In this document: piece by piece, positions 1-9,988 of the stretch
How the letters are laid out: every line of letters begins with the position of its first letter
Position numbering within the stretch: position 1 is the first letter of the stretch
Assembly (NCBI GenBank): GCA_963666975.2
Contig: CAXVYR010000004.1
Span: forward strand, 1,056,001-1,120,000
Source of the DNA: Terriglobia bacterium
Lineage (GTDB): Bacteria > Acidobacteriota > Terriglobia > 2-12-FULL-54-10
Length of the DNA: 64,000 nucleotides
Direction of reading: 5' to 3'
Made by a program: the position numbers and the translations under genes
Notes under the pieces: model-generated
Seen by the model: only the letters and a program-made list of their open reading frames with translations
The model's database searches: none
Told to the model about the DNA's origin: nothing

Positions 1-91
1 CTTCCTGACGCCGCTTGCCGGGCCGAAGCCCGATGCCTATAATGGAGTCCGCCTATCCAATCCATCGGTGGGAGACGAGACCTAGCACCTC

Positions 92-739
92 ATGATTTTC
101 GAGCAGATTCACGCCGGCGGCGACAGGAATTTTGCCTACCTTGTCGGAGACCCCGACACACGCGAGGCGGCGATCATCGATCCTTCCTACGCTCCCGAAC
201 GCGCCCTCGCCGAGGCCGAGCGCCACGGGTTGAGGGTGCGCTACGTCATCAGCACGCACTCCCACAAGGATCACATCGCCGGAAACGCCCATATCATCGA
301 GAAGACTCAGGCCGTCGAGGTGCTGCACGAAAGCACCCCGCACCCGTGTAGTCTGCGCGTCACCGACAACGAAGAACTGGCCGTGGGCAGCCTGAAGATG
401 CGGTTCCTGCACACGCCGGGACATATCCCCGACCACCTCTGTATCCAGACGGAGGGGAATTTGCTGACCGGAGATATTCTCTTTGTCGGCAAGGTCGGCG
501 GCACCGGCCCTTACTTCCCCGGCAGCGACCCGAAACAGCAATGGGAAAGCCTCCAGCGCTTGAAAAAGCTGGACCCGGCGCTCGTGGTGTGGCCGGGACA
601 TGATTACGGCGCGAAGCCCTCCTCTACAATCGGTTACGAGGCCGCCAGCAATCCTTTTCTGCTCTGCAATAGCTTCGATGAGTTCCAACACCTGAAGGGC
701 CACTGGGCCGAATACAAAAAGGCCCATAACATTGCATGA
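92..739 (+). CDS. MBL-fold metallo-hydrolase (glyoxalase II / persulfide dioxygenase-like)
   Basis: THSHKDH metal motif, HTPGH, TGD, WPGHDY and NPFL. Confidence 0.88.
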   Translation: MIFEQIHAGGDRNFAYLVGDPDTREAAIIDPSYAPERALAEAERHGLRVRYVISTHSHKDHIAGNAHIIEKTQAVEVLHESTPHPCSLRVTDNEELAVGSLKMRFLHTPGHIPDHLCIQTEGNLLTGDILFVGKVGGTGPYFPGSDPKQQWESLQRLKKLDPALVVWPGHDYGAKPSSTIGYEAASNPFLLCNSFDEFQHLKGHWAEYKKAHNIA

Positions 740-925
740 GGACACGACCAGGGCTTAGTCCAAACAACCTGGGCCGGCCCCGGCGAAATGGGTCAAATCG
801 GATGCAAAGCAATTCCCCATCTCAAATACGTGCAAGACTAGATGGACCGGTGTATACTATCGGTCCCCCGGGAATCCAAAACGGAAATCCCGGTCAAAAC
901 GTCGTCAATGAAAGGGAGAAAATTT

Positions 926-1492
926 ATGGCTCAAGTGGCTCGGGAAATGGTGCAGAAAGCTGGCATTGATATTGACAAACTGCTGGACATGCTCGTGAGG
1001 AACGCAGCGGCGGAACTGACTACCTACTATTACTACACCATCCTGCGAGTTAACCTGATCGGGATGGATGGTGAAGGCCTCAAAGAAATCACGGAAGATG
1101 CCCGGATCGAAGACCGGAATCACTTTGAGGCGCTGGTACCGCGCATCTACGAATTGGGTGGTAAGCTGCCGGGCGACATGAAGGCGTTTCACGACATTTC
1201 GGCCTGCCCGCCTGCATCGCTGCCCCCCAAACCTACCGACATCAAAGCCATGCTCAATGTACTCGTCAAAGCGGAGCGATGCGCAGTGAATGGTTACACG
1301 GCTGTCTGCAACTATACAGCAGGAAAGGACCACCGGACGTACGACCTTTCGCTCGCGATCTTGCACGAGGAGATCGAGCACGAAGCCTGGTTCTCGGAAT
1401 TCCTGGGTGAAGGCCCCTCCGGTCATTTTCGGCGGTCGGGGACGGGAATGGAGCGCAATTCGCCCTACGTCTCGAAGTTCCTTCATCCCTGA
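926..1492 (+). CDS. DPS-like (DPSL/thioferritin) ferritin-family protein
   Basis: [29 protein letters not shown] and EEIEHE di-iron ligands plus Cys pair; start placed at MAQVAREM after a GGGAG RBS. Confidence 0.85.
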   Translation: MAQVAREMVQKAGIDIDKLLDMLVRNAAAELTTYYYYTILRVNLIGMDGEGLKEITEDARIEDRNHFEALVPRIYELGGKLPGDMKAFHDISACPPASLPPKPTDIKAMLNVLVKAERCAVNGYTAVCNYTAGKDHRTYDLSLAILHEEIEHEAWFSEFLGEGPSGHFRRSGTGMERNSPYVSKFLHP

Positions 1493-1509
1493 TGACGGGA
1501 AGCGCGTCC

Positions 1510-1660
1510 TTTTGGCAACTTCTTTTGGTGTGGGCCTTCAGCACCTCGGAGACTAACGAGTAGCTGGGAACAGGCAACAGTTCGCCATCTAGTTCAACCC
1601 GTGGTTGTTCGTAAGAGCGGCCCGGATTGTACAGAACCCGTAGCGGGTCGTTGTCTGTTT
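1510..1660 (-). other. structured non-coding segment, possible IS110-family non-coding end remnant
   Basis: No ORF. Minus strand shows an ACCCG-cta-CGGGT hairpin, a TACAAT -10-like box, and ends in AAGAAGTTGCC (RBS-like context with no ATG). Resemblance is from memory only. Confidence 0.3.
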
Positions 1661-1760
1661 CTGCCCCTCCCTCCGTTTTAGGGTTTCTTCTCGCCTCCCG
1701 AAATAAACAGCAGTCTCCAGTGCCAAGAAGGTGCTGACCATCAATCCGACATGCTCCTAG

Positions 1761-2059
1761 CTAATTGAATACTCCTCAGCCGAGGAGCGGGATGTGAAGC
1801 TGCGGGAGTTTTGCTCGGCCTGGAAGACCACATCCGGCTGGTGGTGGCCGATACGCCTCCCATCCCGGCTCGTTTCGACAACCGGCAAATCGCAAGCGAC
1901 TGCATCAGCTCGGTCCAGTACCTCAAATTCCAGCTTTCACCGGAACAAATCCGCCGGTGGAGGGAGGGTGCGAAACTGGCAGCCGACCACCCCAGCTATC
2001 GCGCCGAGAGGGCGCTCCGCGAAGCCGAACTCGAAGAACTCGCCGCCGATTTGGCCTGA
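1761..2059 (+). pseudogene. DUF3501-family protein, 5'-truncated and frameshifted
   Basis: LIEYSSAEERDVKLRE, then a frameshift near 1809 into LLGLEDHI...ISSVQYLKFQL...DHPSY...LAADLA; preceded by the stub AKKVLTINPTCS*. Confidence 0.65.
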
Positions 2060-2177
2060 GAGGCTACCCCCCTAACGCCTCCATTGAAACCACGGAATCC
2101 TGTGTGATACCATCTGCATCTCTCATCGCCTATCCTGCACTGCGCTTCTGCCCCCAGGGGGAGAAAGGAGCTTTGTT

Positions 2178-4280
2178 TTGAAGGTTTATCCCGGAAAAGA
2201 CATTCGCAACGTCGGCGTGGTTGGCCACGGCGACAGCGGCAAGACTTCTCTGGTGGCCGGGTTCCTGCACGCTGCCGGCCTGACCAACCGTCTGGGCCGC
2301 GTGGACGAGGGCACCACCACCACCGACTACGATGAGGAAGAGATCGAACGAAAGGTCACCATCTCCACCGCGCTAGCATATCTAGAATGGAATCAAACCA
2401 AGATCAACCTTTTGGACACGCCGGGCTACAACATCTTTATTAACGACACCCTGGCCAGCCTGGTGGCTGCCGACGCGAGCCTGGTGGTCGTGGACGGCGT
2501 AGCCGGAGTCGAGGTGCAAACCGAGAAGGTGTGGGATTACTCCAACCGCTTCAACCTTCCCCGCGCGTTGGTGGTCAACAAGCTCGACCGGGAGCGCGCC
2601 AGCTTTGAGCGCGCCGTGGAGTCCATCCAGCAGAGCTTTGGCCGCACCGCCATCCCCATTCAGTGGCCGCTGGGAGAGGAGAAAAGTTTTCGCGGCGTAG
2701 TGGACCTCCTGAGCATGAAAGCCCACACCTACGAATCCAATGGCAACGGGAAGGGAAAGGCCGGCGAGGTCCCGCAGGAGGTTTCCGCCGCAGCGGAGGC
2801 GGCCCGCGAAAAGCTGATCGAGGCGATTGCGGAAGGCAATGACGCCTACATGGAAGAGTTTTTCGACAAGGGGACCCTGGAGCCGGAACATGCCGTCCAG
2901 GGTTTGCAGGAGGCCATTGCAGGCGGAAAACTGTTTCCGATTCTTTGCGCCTCCGCCTATCACATGGCGGGAATTGACCTGTTGTTGAATTTTCTGACGG
3001 AATTTTTCCCCTCTCCGGTTGCCCGGAACACTGCCCAGGGAACCCTGCCCGAAGGCGGGACGGTGGAACGCAAAATCTCCGATGAAGAACCCATCTCTCT
3101 TTTCATTTTCAAGACGATAGCGGATGCGTTTGCGGGTCGCGTCACCTGCTATAAGGTCCTTTCCGGCGTCCTGACAAACGATGCCCATCTGGTCAATTTC
3201 AACAAAGAGGGCTCCGAGCGGCTGGCGCACATCTCCCTGTTGCAGGGCCGGACGGCGACCGCCGTGCCGGAGTTGCATGCCGGGGACCTCGGTTCCGTAG
3301 CGAAGCTGAAAGAATCTTTGACCGGAGATACCCTGGGAGACAAGGCCTCGCCCATTCTCTATCCGCCCGTGAAGCTGCCGGAGCCAGCGATCAGTTTTGC
3401 CATCGCGCCGAATTCGCGGGGAGACGAGGACCGCCTCAGCACCGCCCTGCACAAGATTCTCGAAGAGGACATCTCCTTGCGGTTTTACCGGAACCCCCAA
3501 ACCAAGGAATTCCTGCTGGCGGGAGCCGGGCAGCAGCACGTGGAGGTTATCGTCTCCCGTCTCAAGAAACGCTATAACGTGGATGTCACCCTGCAGGCTC
3601 CGAAGGTGCCCTACCTGGAAACGGTCCGCGGCAAGGCCGACGTCCAGGGAAGATACAAGAAACAAACCGGGGGGCACGGCCAGTTCGGCGATTGCAGGAT
3701 CAAGCTCGAACCGCTCCCGCGAGGAGGGAAGTTTGAGTTCGTCAATGAAATCCATGGCGGCGCGGTCCCCAAACAATATATCCCGGCCATTGAAAAAGGG
3801 ATCGTGGACACAGCCGAGAAGGGATTTCTGGCAGGTTTTCCGGTTGTCGATTTCCGCGTGATCCTCTACGACGGCTCCTACCACACGGTGGATTCCTCGG
3901 AGATGGCTTTTAAGATCGCCGGTTCGATGGCGTTCAAAAAAGCCATGGAACAGGCCAAGCCGGTTCTGCTGGAACCCATCATGACTGTGGATGTCTACGC
4001 TCCCAGCGCCTATTCCGGCGATTTGATCGGTGACTTGAATGGCCGCCGCGGGCGCATTCAGGGAATGGACTCCCAAGGCGACCGGCAGGTGATCAAATCG
4101 CAGGTGCCCATGGCTGAGATGCTGAGCTACGCGTCGGATTTGACCTCCATGACTCAGGGACGAGGCAGTTTCTCCATGGAGTTCTCCCACTACGACGTTG
4201 TTCCGCAACAGACCAGCGAAAAAATCGTCGCTGCCGCCAAAGCAGCCCGCAGCGGAGAAGAAACGCCGGCAGAGGAGTGA
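2178..4280 (+). CDS. fusA: elongation factor G paralog (EF-G2-like)
   Basis: GHGDSGKT, DTPGY, NKLD, KKQTGGHGQ and YHTVDSSEMAF; not in an str operon and G-motifs are non-canonical. Confidence 0.92.
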   Translation: MKVYPGKDIRNVGVVGHGDSGKTSLVAGFLHAAGLTNRLGRVDEGTTTTDYDEEEIERKVTISTALAYLEWNQTKINLLDTPGYNIFINDTLASLVAADASLVVVDGVAGVEVQTEKVWDYSNRFNLPRALVVNKLDRERASFERAVESIQQSFGRTAIPIQWPLGEEKSFRGVVDLLSMKAHTYESNGNGKGKAGEVPQEVSAAAEAAREKLIEAIAEGNDAYMEEFFDKGTLEPEHAVQGLQEAIAGGKLFPILCASAYHMAGIDLLLNFLTEFFPSPVARNTAQGTLPEGGTVERKISDEEPISLFIFKTIADAFAGRVTCYKVLSGVLTNDAHLVNFNKEGSERLAHISLLQGRTATAVPELHAGDLGSVAKLKESLTGDTLGDKASPILYPPVKLPEPAISFAIAPNSRGDEDRLSTALHKILEEDISLRFYRNPQTKEFLLAGAGQQHVEVIVSRLKKRYNVDVTLQAPKVPYLETVRGKADVQGRYKKQTGGHGQFGDCRIKLEPLPRGGKFEFVNEIHGGAVPKQYIPAIEKGIVDTAEKGFLAGFPVVDFRVILYDGSYHTVDSSEMAFKIAGSMAFKKAMEQAKPVLLEPIMTVDVYAPSAYSGDLIGDLNGRRGRIQGMDSQGDRQVIKSQVPMAEMLSYASDLTSMTQGRGSFSMEFSHYDVVPQQTSEKIVAAAKAARSGEETPAEE

Positions 4281-4654
4281 GGACAATTCTGCACCAGCAA
4301 GCTTCAAAAACCTGGAAGAACGAAATCCTGGGGATATAGCAAGCCTGTCTTCGGGAAAGGCACGCCCGGCAGATGAAACCCGATTCGGGCCTGGGCTCCC
4401 TTGCCCGCCGGGATGTGCCTGTGCCCGTGTAGGTTATCGCTCCCCGTTTTTTCCGGTAGCTACGGTAATCCTTTCATAAGAATAAGGTTAGACAAAATTA
4501 ACTTGACCCGGTGCAGATTCTTAGGGTACCCTGGGAGGGTTTTGTACAGGATTGCCGCCCGGAGGATGGCGACCAGCAAGCTCAGAACTAAAGCTAAGAA
4601 CTAAAGATCAAAACTAGGGACCTACGGCAGATCAACTCAAGGCAGACTCCAAGC

Positions 4655-6721
4655 ATGCCGATTAAAAATGTTGTAAAGTCTTTGCTGCTGGTAATCGCCC
4701 TTCTGGGTATCTCGGGTTGCTCCATCATACGGAAACCTGTAGCTGTCGTTCCGCCCACGCCCCGAGAAGCGCCCTCCCTGGCGCAGAATCTCCCGCTGTC
4801 TCACACCGCCATTCCCCCGGCCATAAAAGGCCTATCGCAGGCAAAGCTGGACCCGGTAGTCCAGGTGATCGTCCAGGCGGAAGCTGCTTTTCACAGGGGA
4901 GAAAGAGAATATAACGCCGGCCATATGGAGGCGGCCAAAGAGGAATTCAATCAGGCCATTCAGGGGCTCTTGCAGGCTCCCGATCCCGTAGTCGCAGACA
5001 AGCGGCTGCTCAAGAAGCTCGACTTTTTAGTGGCCCGTATTCATGCCTACGAACTGGAAGCCCTCAAACAGGGCGATGGGTTCACTGAGCAGTTCTACGA
5101 ACCGGCGCCGCTCGATGAGATGGCGACGATTACTATTCCTGAAGATATCAGCGCTGCAGAGCTGCAAAAAATCGCTCAGGAAGACCTCGCCAACACCGTC
5201 TCCGATCTGCCGCTGGTCGTCAACAGACGCGTAGCCGCGCTCATCAAATATTTCTGTTGTACCCGCCGTGGTCGGGAAACCCTCGAAGGGGGGCTGCGGC
5301 GTTCCGGGCGCTACCGCGATATGATTCTGCGGATCCTCAAAGAGGAGGGAGTTCCGCAGGACCTGATCTACCTGGCTCAGGCTGAATCGAGCTTTCATCC
5401 CACAGCCCGCTCCCGCGCCGCAGCCGTCGGCCTCTGGCAGTTCATACGGTCCACCGGGAAGCTGTATGGGCTGGAACGCACATGGTGGGTAGATAACCGC
5501 CTCGACCCGGAAAAAGCCACACGGGCGGCCGCCAAGCATTTGAAAGACCTCTACGAGATGTTCGGGGATTGGTATCTGGCCATGGCAGCCTACAACACTG
5601 GGCCGAGGAACGTTAAACGGGCTATTCGACGCACTGGATCGAGGGATTTCTGGAAGCTTGCCGCCCGCCGCGCATTGTTCCGGGAGACACGGACCTATGT
5701 TCCGATCATTCTGGCCCTCACCATCATCAATAAAAACCCCGAGAAATACGGGCTGGGCGATATCTTGCCGGAACCTCCCCTGGCATATGACACGATTGCC
5801 GTGGAACATCCCGTGGACCTCCGCTTGGTGTCGGAGATCGTAGGGTCGAGCCTGAAGACCATCCGGGAACTGAATTCCAGTTTGCTGCGCATGACCACGC
5901 CCAACGTTCCGAAGTTCAATCTGCAGATCCCGCTCGCCACCCAGAGCCTTTTCCAGAGGCGGATCGCCATGGTGCCTCCGGATAAGCGTGTGTGGTGGCG
6001 CTGGCACACGGTTCATTATGGGGAGACGCTTACCGGCATCGCCAAGAAATTCAAAACCTCCGTCAAGGCCATCGCCGAGGTCAACAACCTGGACGCCGAC
6101 GAGCGGCTCCAGGAAGCAGCCGAGTTGGTGATCCCGGTTACGCGGCAGCAGCCGCCCGGAGGAACCCACCAGATCCGCCCGAGAGAAACGCTTTCCGTCC
6201 TTGCCCGCCGGTACAACGTATCGGTCGCCCAGCTAATGATGTGGAATCAACTGGACAGCACCGTCATCCGGGCGGGCAGCATGTTGCACGTGGGGCCGCC
6301 CACTGCGCCTCCACCCGGATCGGGAACCTATCGGGTTCGCCGGGGCGATTCTCTTTCTCGCATTGCCGGGCGTTACAGGGTAAACGTCCCGCAGCTCATG
6401 GCATGGAATCAACTGAGCAGCGCGCTCATCCATCCTGGGCAGACTCTGCGCGTGGGGACCTCGACTCCTGCCTCGGCTTCTTCTCCCTCCAGCACTATCT
6501 CCAGCACTACGGCGCGCAGCGCCCAGCCCAACGCCTTGAGGAACAACTCTGCCACGTCGCGGTCGCGGGGAAGGGTGGTGCATCGAGTCCGCAAGGGAGA
6601 GTCCTTGTGGATCATCGCTACCAACTACAACACCTCAGTGAAAGTTTTGAAGCGCACCAACAGCCATTTGGGACGTGTTCTGCAGATTGGTGACCGGGTC
6701 GTGATCCCTGCCTCCAGATAG
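4655..6721 (+). CDS. mltD: MltD-like lytic transglycosylase lipoprotein with multiple LysM domains
   Basis: Lipobox ISGC; SLT motifs AESSF, GLWQF and AAYNTG; four LysM-like repeats. Confidence 0.9.
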   Translation: MPIKNVVKSLLLVIALLGISGCSIIRKPVAVVPPTPREAPSLAQNLPLSHTAIPPAIKGLSQAKLDPVVQVIVQAEAAFHRGEREYNAGHMEAAKEEFNQAIQGLLQAPDPVVADKRLLKKLDFLVARIHAYELEALKQGDGFTEQFYEPAPLDEMATITIPEDISAAELQKIAQEDLANTVSDLPLVVNRRVAALIKYFCCTRRGRETLEGGLRRSGRYRDMILRILKEEGVPQDLIYLAQAESSFHPTARSRAAAVGLWQFIRSTGKLYGLERTWWVDNRLDPEKATRAAAKHLKDLYEMFGDWYLAMAAYNTGPRNVKRAIRRTGSRDFWKLAARRALFRETRTYVPIILALTIINKNPEKYGLGDILPEPPLAYDTIAVEHPVDLRLVSEIVGSSLKTIRELNSSLLRMTTPNVPKFNLQIPLATQSLFQRRIAMVPPDKRVWWRWHTVHYGETLTGIAKKFKTSVKAIAEVNNLDADERLQEAAELVIPVTRQQPPGGTHQIRPRETLSVLARRYNVSVAQLMMWNQLDSTVIRAGSMLHVGPPTAPPPGSGTYRVRRGDSLSRIAGRYRVNVPQLMAWNQLSSALIHPGQTLRVGTSTPASASSPSSTISSTTARSAQPNALRNNSATSRSRGRVVHRVRKGESLWIIATNYNTSVKVLKRTNSHLGRVLQIGDRVVIPASR

Positions 6722-6849
6722 CGTGTTCCACCGTGGGAGGACGCCTTTCCCTCGTAATGATTTCAAAACACCCGCAAACAGGAACTGTCCCTAAGTGCCA
6801 TAGTTTGCCAGGGTGGAACCGCACCCGGCGGAGAGGAGAAACAAGCTTC

Positions 6850-7737
6850 ATGAAACGAAAAGTCCGCAAGGCAGTGTTCCCCGCAGCCGGGCTGGGGACG
6901 CGTTTCCTGCCGGCCACCAAAGCCCAGCCCAAGGAGATGCTGCCGCTGGTGGACAAGCCCCTCATCCAATACGTCATCGAAGAGGCCGTGGACTCGGGTA
7001 TCGAGAGCATCATCATCATCACCGGGCGCGGCAAAAATGCCATCGAAGATCACTTTGATGTTTCCTATGAACTCGAAGACCTGTTAAGCAAGCGCGGCAA
7101 ACAAGACCTGCTGGAGACGGTTCATAAGGTCTCCAGCCTGGCCCATATCAGTTTTGTAAGGCAGAAAGAGGCGCTGGGACTGGGCCACGCCGTCCTGATG
7201 GCGCGGGAGTTGGTGGGGGATGAACCCTTCGTTGTGATGCTCGGGGATGATATTATCCATGCACAAACCCCTTGCCTGCGGCAGATGCTGGACGTTTATG
7301 AAGCATACTCCGCTCCTATCGTGGCAATTGAAGAAATACCCCTTGAATCCATCTCCCAATACGGTGTGATTAGCGGGAATCCGGTCGCTTACAATGGAAC
7401 CGAAGACCGGTTGTACAAATTGGACGGCTTGGTGGAAAAGCCTCCCAAGGAAGCCGCCCCTTCCAACCTGGCCATCATCGGGCGTTACATCCTGGAACCG
7501 GAGATTTTTGAGGTGCTGGCAGCCACGCAGGCCGGTGCTGGAGGTGAAATTCAACTCACCGACGGCCTCCGAACGCTTCTCCAACAGAAAGAAATATACG
7601 GATGGCGTTTTGAGGGAAAACGCTACGACACCGGCAATAAGCTGGGGTTCCTGGAAGCCACTGTTGATTTTGCACTGCGTCATCCGGACCTGGGCGACGC
7701 TTTTCGGAAATATCTGAAAAGCCTGCGTTTCGAATGA
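6850..7737 (+). CDS. galU: UTP-glucose-1-phosphate uridylyltransferase
   Basis: KAVFPAAGLGTRFLPATKAQPKEMLP, VEKP and GEIQLTD. Confidence 0.97.
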   Translation: MKRKVRKAVFPAAGLGTRFLPATKAQPKEMLPLVDKPLIQYVIEEAVDSGIESIIIITGRGKNAIEDHFDVSYELEDLLSKRGKQDLLETVHKVSSLAHISFVRQKEALGLGHAVLMARELVGDEPFVVMLGDDIIHAQTPCLRQMLDVYEAYSAPIVAIEEIPLESISQYGVISGNPVAYNGTEDRLYKLDGLVEKPPKEAAPSNLAIIGRYILEPEIFEVLAATQAGAGGEIQLTDGLRTLLQQKEIYGWRFEGKRYDTGNKLGFLEATVDFALRHPDLGDAFRKYLKSLRFE

Positions 7738-7843
7738 ATTGTAGCACCCTGTTCCGGCAACCTGCCTTGACGCGCCAAAAGCAACAACTTAAAATAAAAA
7801 TATTAGTTTGGCGGCTTATTCCGAGCCGGAGACGAGGTAAGAT

Positions 7844-8182
7844 TTGCCACTGTATGAGTACGAGTGCTCCGATTGCAAAAAGCGATTTGAAGTCCTGCAA
7901 AAATTTTCCGACGATCCTGTAACCGTCTGCACCCATTGCGGCGGGCCCGTGACCCGTTTAGTCTCTCCTCCTGCTATCCATTTCAAAGGCACCGGATGGT
8001 ATGTAACCGATTATGCCAAGAAATCCCCGTCGGCGGCTGAAACCAAAGCTGACGGAAAAGGGGAAGATGGAAAAGGAGAAGGAGAAAAGAAACCCGCAGC
8101 AACTTCGCAGGAAACCAAGCCGAGCAAGGAAGCCTCCTCCACGCCCTCCAGCACGCCTGCAGCAAAATCCACCACGGATTAG
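7844..8182 (+). CDS. FmdB-family zinc-ribbon protein
   Basis: MPLYEYECSDC...CTHCGG...FKGTGWYVTDY with a low-complexity tail; TTG start. Confidence 0.9.
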   Translation: MPLYEYECSDCKKRFEVLQKFSDDPVTVCTHCGGPVTRLVSPPAIHFKGTGWYVTDYAKKSPSAAETKADGKGEDGKGEGEKKPAATSQETKPSKEASSTPSSTPAAKSTTD

Positions 8183-8228
8183 CGTAACCTTTCACAGTTT
8201 GTGCATAGTCAGAGCCGCTCGCGCCTCT

Positions 8229-8264
8229 CCCGCCTGCCCTGCCTGCCCTGAGCGAAGCCGAGGG
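8229..8264. repeat. short CCTGCCCTGAGCGAAGCCGAGGG repeat unit
   Basis: Same unit recurs at about 45011-45046 (reverse), 59678-59749 and 63259-63281 (reverse). Confidence 0.7.
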
Positions 8265-8294
8265 ATTAGACCGGTTTTATGAATTGTGTATCCC

Positions 8295-8459
8295 GTCAGG
8301 GCACGGCTTCAGCCGTGCCGAAACACTCTCCAGCCAAGTGCGCTTTAGCGCCTGAGGTGAGTCTTGAACTCTGCTTGTTCCAGCGACTTAACCCCGACCT
8401 CAGCGGCTGAAGCCGCTGTCGTGATCCGGGTGGCGGCACGGTTAAAACCGTGCCCTGAC
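8295..8459. repeat. REP/BIME-like palindromic element
   Basis: Terminal IR GTCAGGGCACGG/CCGTGCCCTGAC and four internal hairpins (GGCACGGCTTCAGCCGTGCC, GCGCTTTAGCGC, CAGCGGCTGAAGCCGCTG, GGCACGGTTAAAACCGTGCC). Confidence 0.8.
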
Positions 8460-8641
8460 AAGAATTCAATATGGGATACATGAACTCTAAAACAGGTCTA
8501 GCAAGCGGACCCCGAACGCCAAGTGGCCACAGGTTTGCTACATGGTGGTTGCAGCAGTCCGCCAAGCACTGCAAAAAGCAAGGTTGCTGGGCAGCTTCTG
8601 CCCATTGGAGAAACGAAATTGCCGCCGGAGGGGGATTGAGG

Positions 8642-9850
8642 ATGCCGCAAGAAAATGCACACGAGCGGGGACGCCGGCTATATGACGAAGGTAAATTTCC
8701 GGAGGCCGTCCGCATGCTCGCTTTTGCCATCGGGGAGCAGGAGAGCAGCGAGGCCTGGAATGATTGGGCGACCGCCCAACTCCACTGTGGCAACCCGGCG
8801 GAAGCGGAGCAAGGTTACACGCGCGCGCTGGAACTGAACGAGAAGAATGGCCATGCTCTCGTCAATCTGGGGAATCTGCTTGTGAACATGGACAGGTTGG
8901 AAGAGGCGATTGGACTACTCGAAATGGGAATACCTTCCATGAATGAGCCGGAGCAAGAACCACTGAAGCAGCTCGTGGCCGAGTGCCGCCGGAAGCAGAG
9001 CGAGCACGGGGAGCCGACCCTACAGACCATGGCAAACTATCTAGGTGACTTTGTTGCTGAGGAGGAACAGTCTCAACGGTACTTTCAGAATCAGTTGAGC
9101 CGTTATCTCGTCACCCTGGAGTTGTTGCCGCCCGCCGTTCCGGGTGAGCGGCTATTGGAGGTGGGCGCTTCCTACCATCACCAAACACCTGCTTTGAAGC
9201 GCTGGAAGGGTTACGACGTACGCTGCACGGACCTCTGGGATGGACCGCAGCAGTTGAACCAAACTGTGGTAAACCGCAACGGAGACGAATCACACATCTT
9301 CCCCGTGGACAATTTCGATGTCCAGCAGACTCCCTGGCCTTATCCCGACGCATCCTTTGACGTGGTAATGTTCTGCGAGTTGCTGGAGCACTTGAGCACG
9401 GACCCGATGCGCGTCATGGGAGAGATCAACCGTGTGCTGAAAAAAGGCGGCCGCTTGCTGCTGAGCACCCCAAACATTATCAGCGCACAAAGCGTTGAGG
9501 CCGTCCTGCGAGGCGAGAGCCCTTACTTCTGGGGACAATACGAAGTGGGCGGACTGCCCACCGACCACCACAACCGGGAATACACCCCCGGCGAAGTGGT
9601 GCGGCTGGCGCAGGCTGCCGGGTTCGGCATCCTCACGCTGCGAACAGCAGGAGGCATCGGCGCTCCTAACCGCTCGGTCCTGCGGGAGTTAGTGAGGTCC
9701 GGCCACTCGATCGCCTGGCGAGGCGACTGCATATTGGCTCTGGCACAAAAGGAAGGGCCCGTTCGGGACCGCTATCCTGCCGAGTTCTACGCGCGTACCG
9801 GCACTCAGGAAGCATGCCGCCGGCAACGCGCCGGGCGGCCAGCGGAATGA
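8642..9850 (+). CDS. TPR + class I SAM-dependent methyltransferase
   Basis: N-terminal TPR helices; LLEVGAS, FDVVMFCELLEHL, RVLKKGGRLLLSTPN and HNREYT. Confidence 0.85.
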   Translation: MPQENAHERGRRLYDEGKFPEAVRMLAFAIGEQESSEAWNDWATAQLHCGNPAEAEQGYTRALELNEKNGHALVNLGNLLVNMDRLEEAIGLLEMGIPSMNEPEQEPLKQLVAECRRKQSEHGEPTLQTMANYLGDFVAEEEQSQRYFQNQLSRYLVTLELLPPAVPGERLLEVGASYHHQTPALKRWKGYDVRCTDLWDGPQQLNQTVVNRNGDESHIFPVDNFDVQQTPWPYPDASFDVVMFCELLEHLSTDPMRVMGEINRVLKKGGRLLLSTPNIISAQSVEAVLRGESPYFWGQYEVGGLPTDHHNREYTPGEVVRLAQAAGFGILTLRTAGGIGAPNRSVLRELVRSGHSIAWRGDCILALAQKEGPVRDRYPAEFYARTGTQEACRRQRAGRPAE

Positions 9851-9988
9851 GAAGCATCTCCGGCACTATCCCCCGCCTCCGCTTAACCGGCGCTGACTCC
9901 GTCACCCTTTGAAAGCTGCCCGCTTTCCGTTTCTGTCCTTTTCCTTTAGTATTGGATCATGCGGTATTCCGCCGTCAGGTGATGGGTC

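Noticed and set aside
2382-4307. 641-aa antisense ORF, and similar long shadow ORFs opposite mltD, the reductase, the TPR gene and IS256
   Set aside because: They overlap motif-supported genes on the other strand and are expected in GC-rich DNA
4584-4617. AGAACTAAAG-like short tandem repeats
   Set aside because: Too short and spacer-less for CRISPR; at most an operator, with no further support
8499-8512. TAGCAAGCGGACCC also found near 16085
   Set aside because: Only 14 bp with no extension; significance cannot be judged
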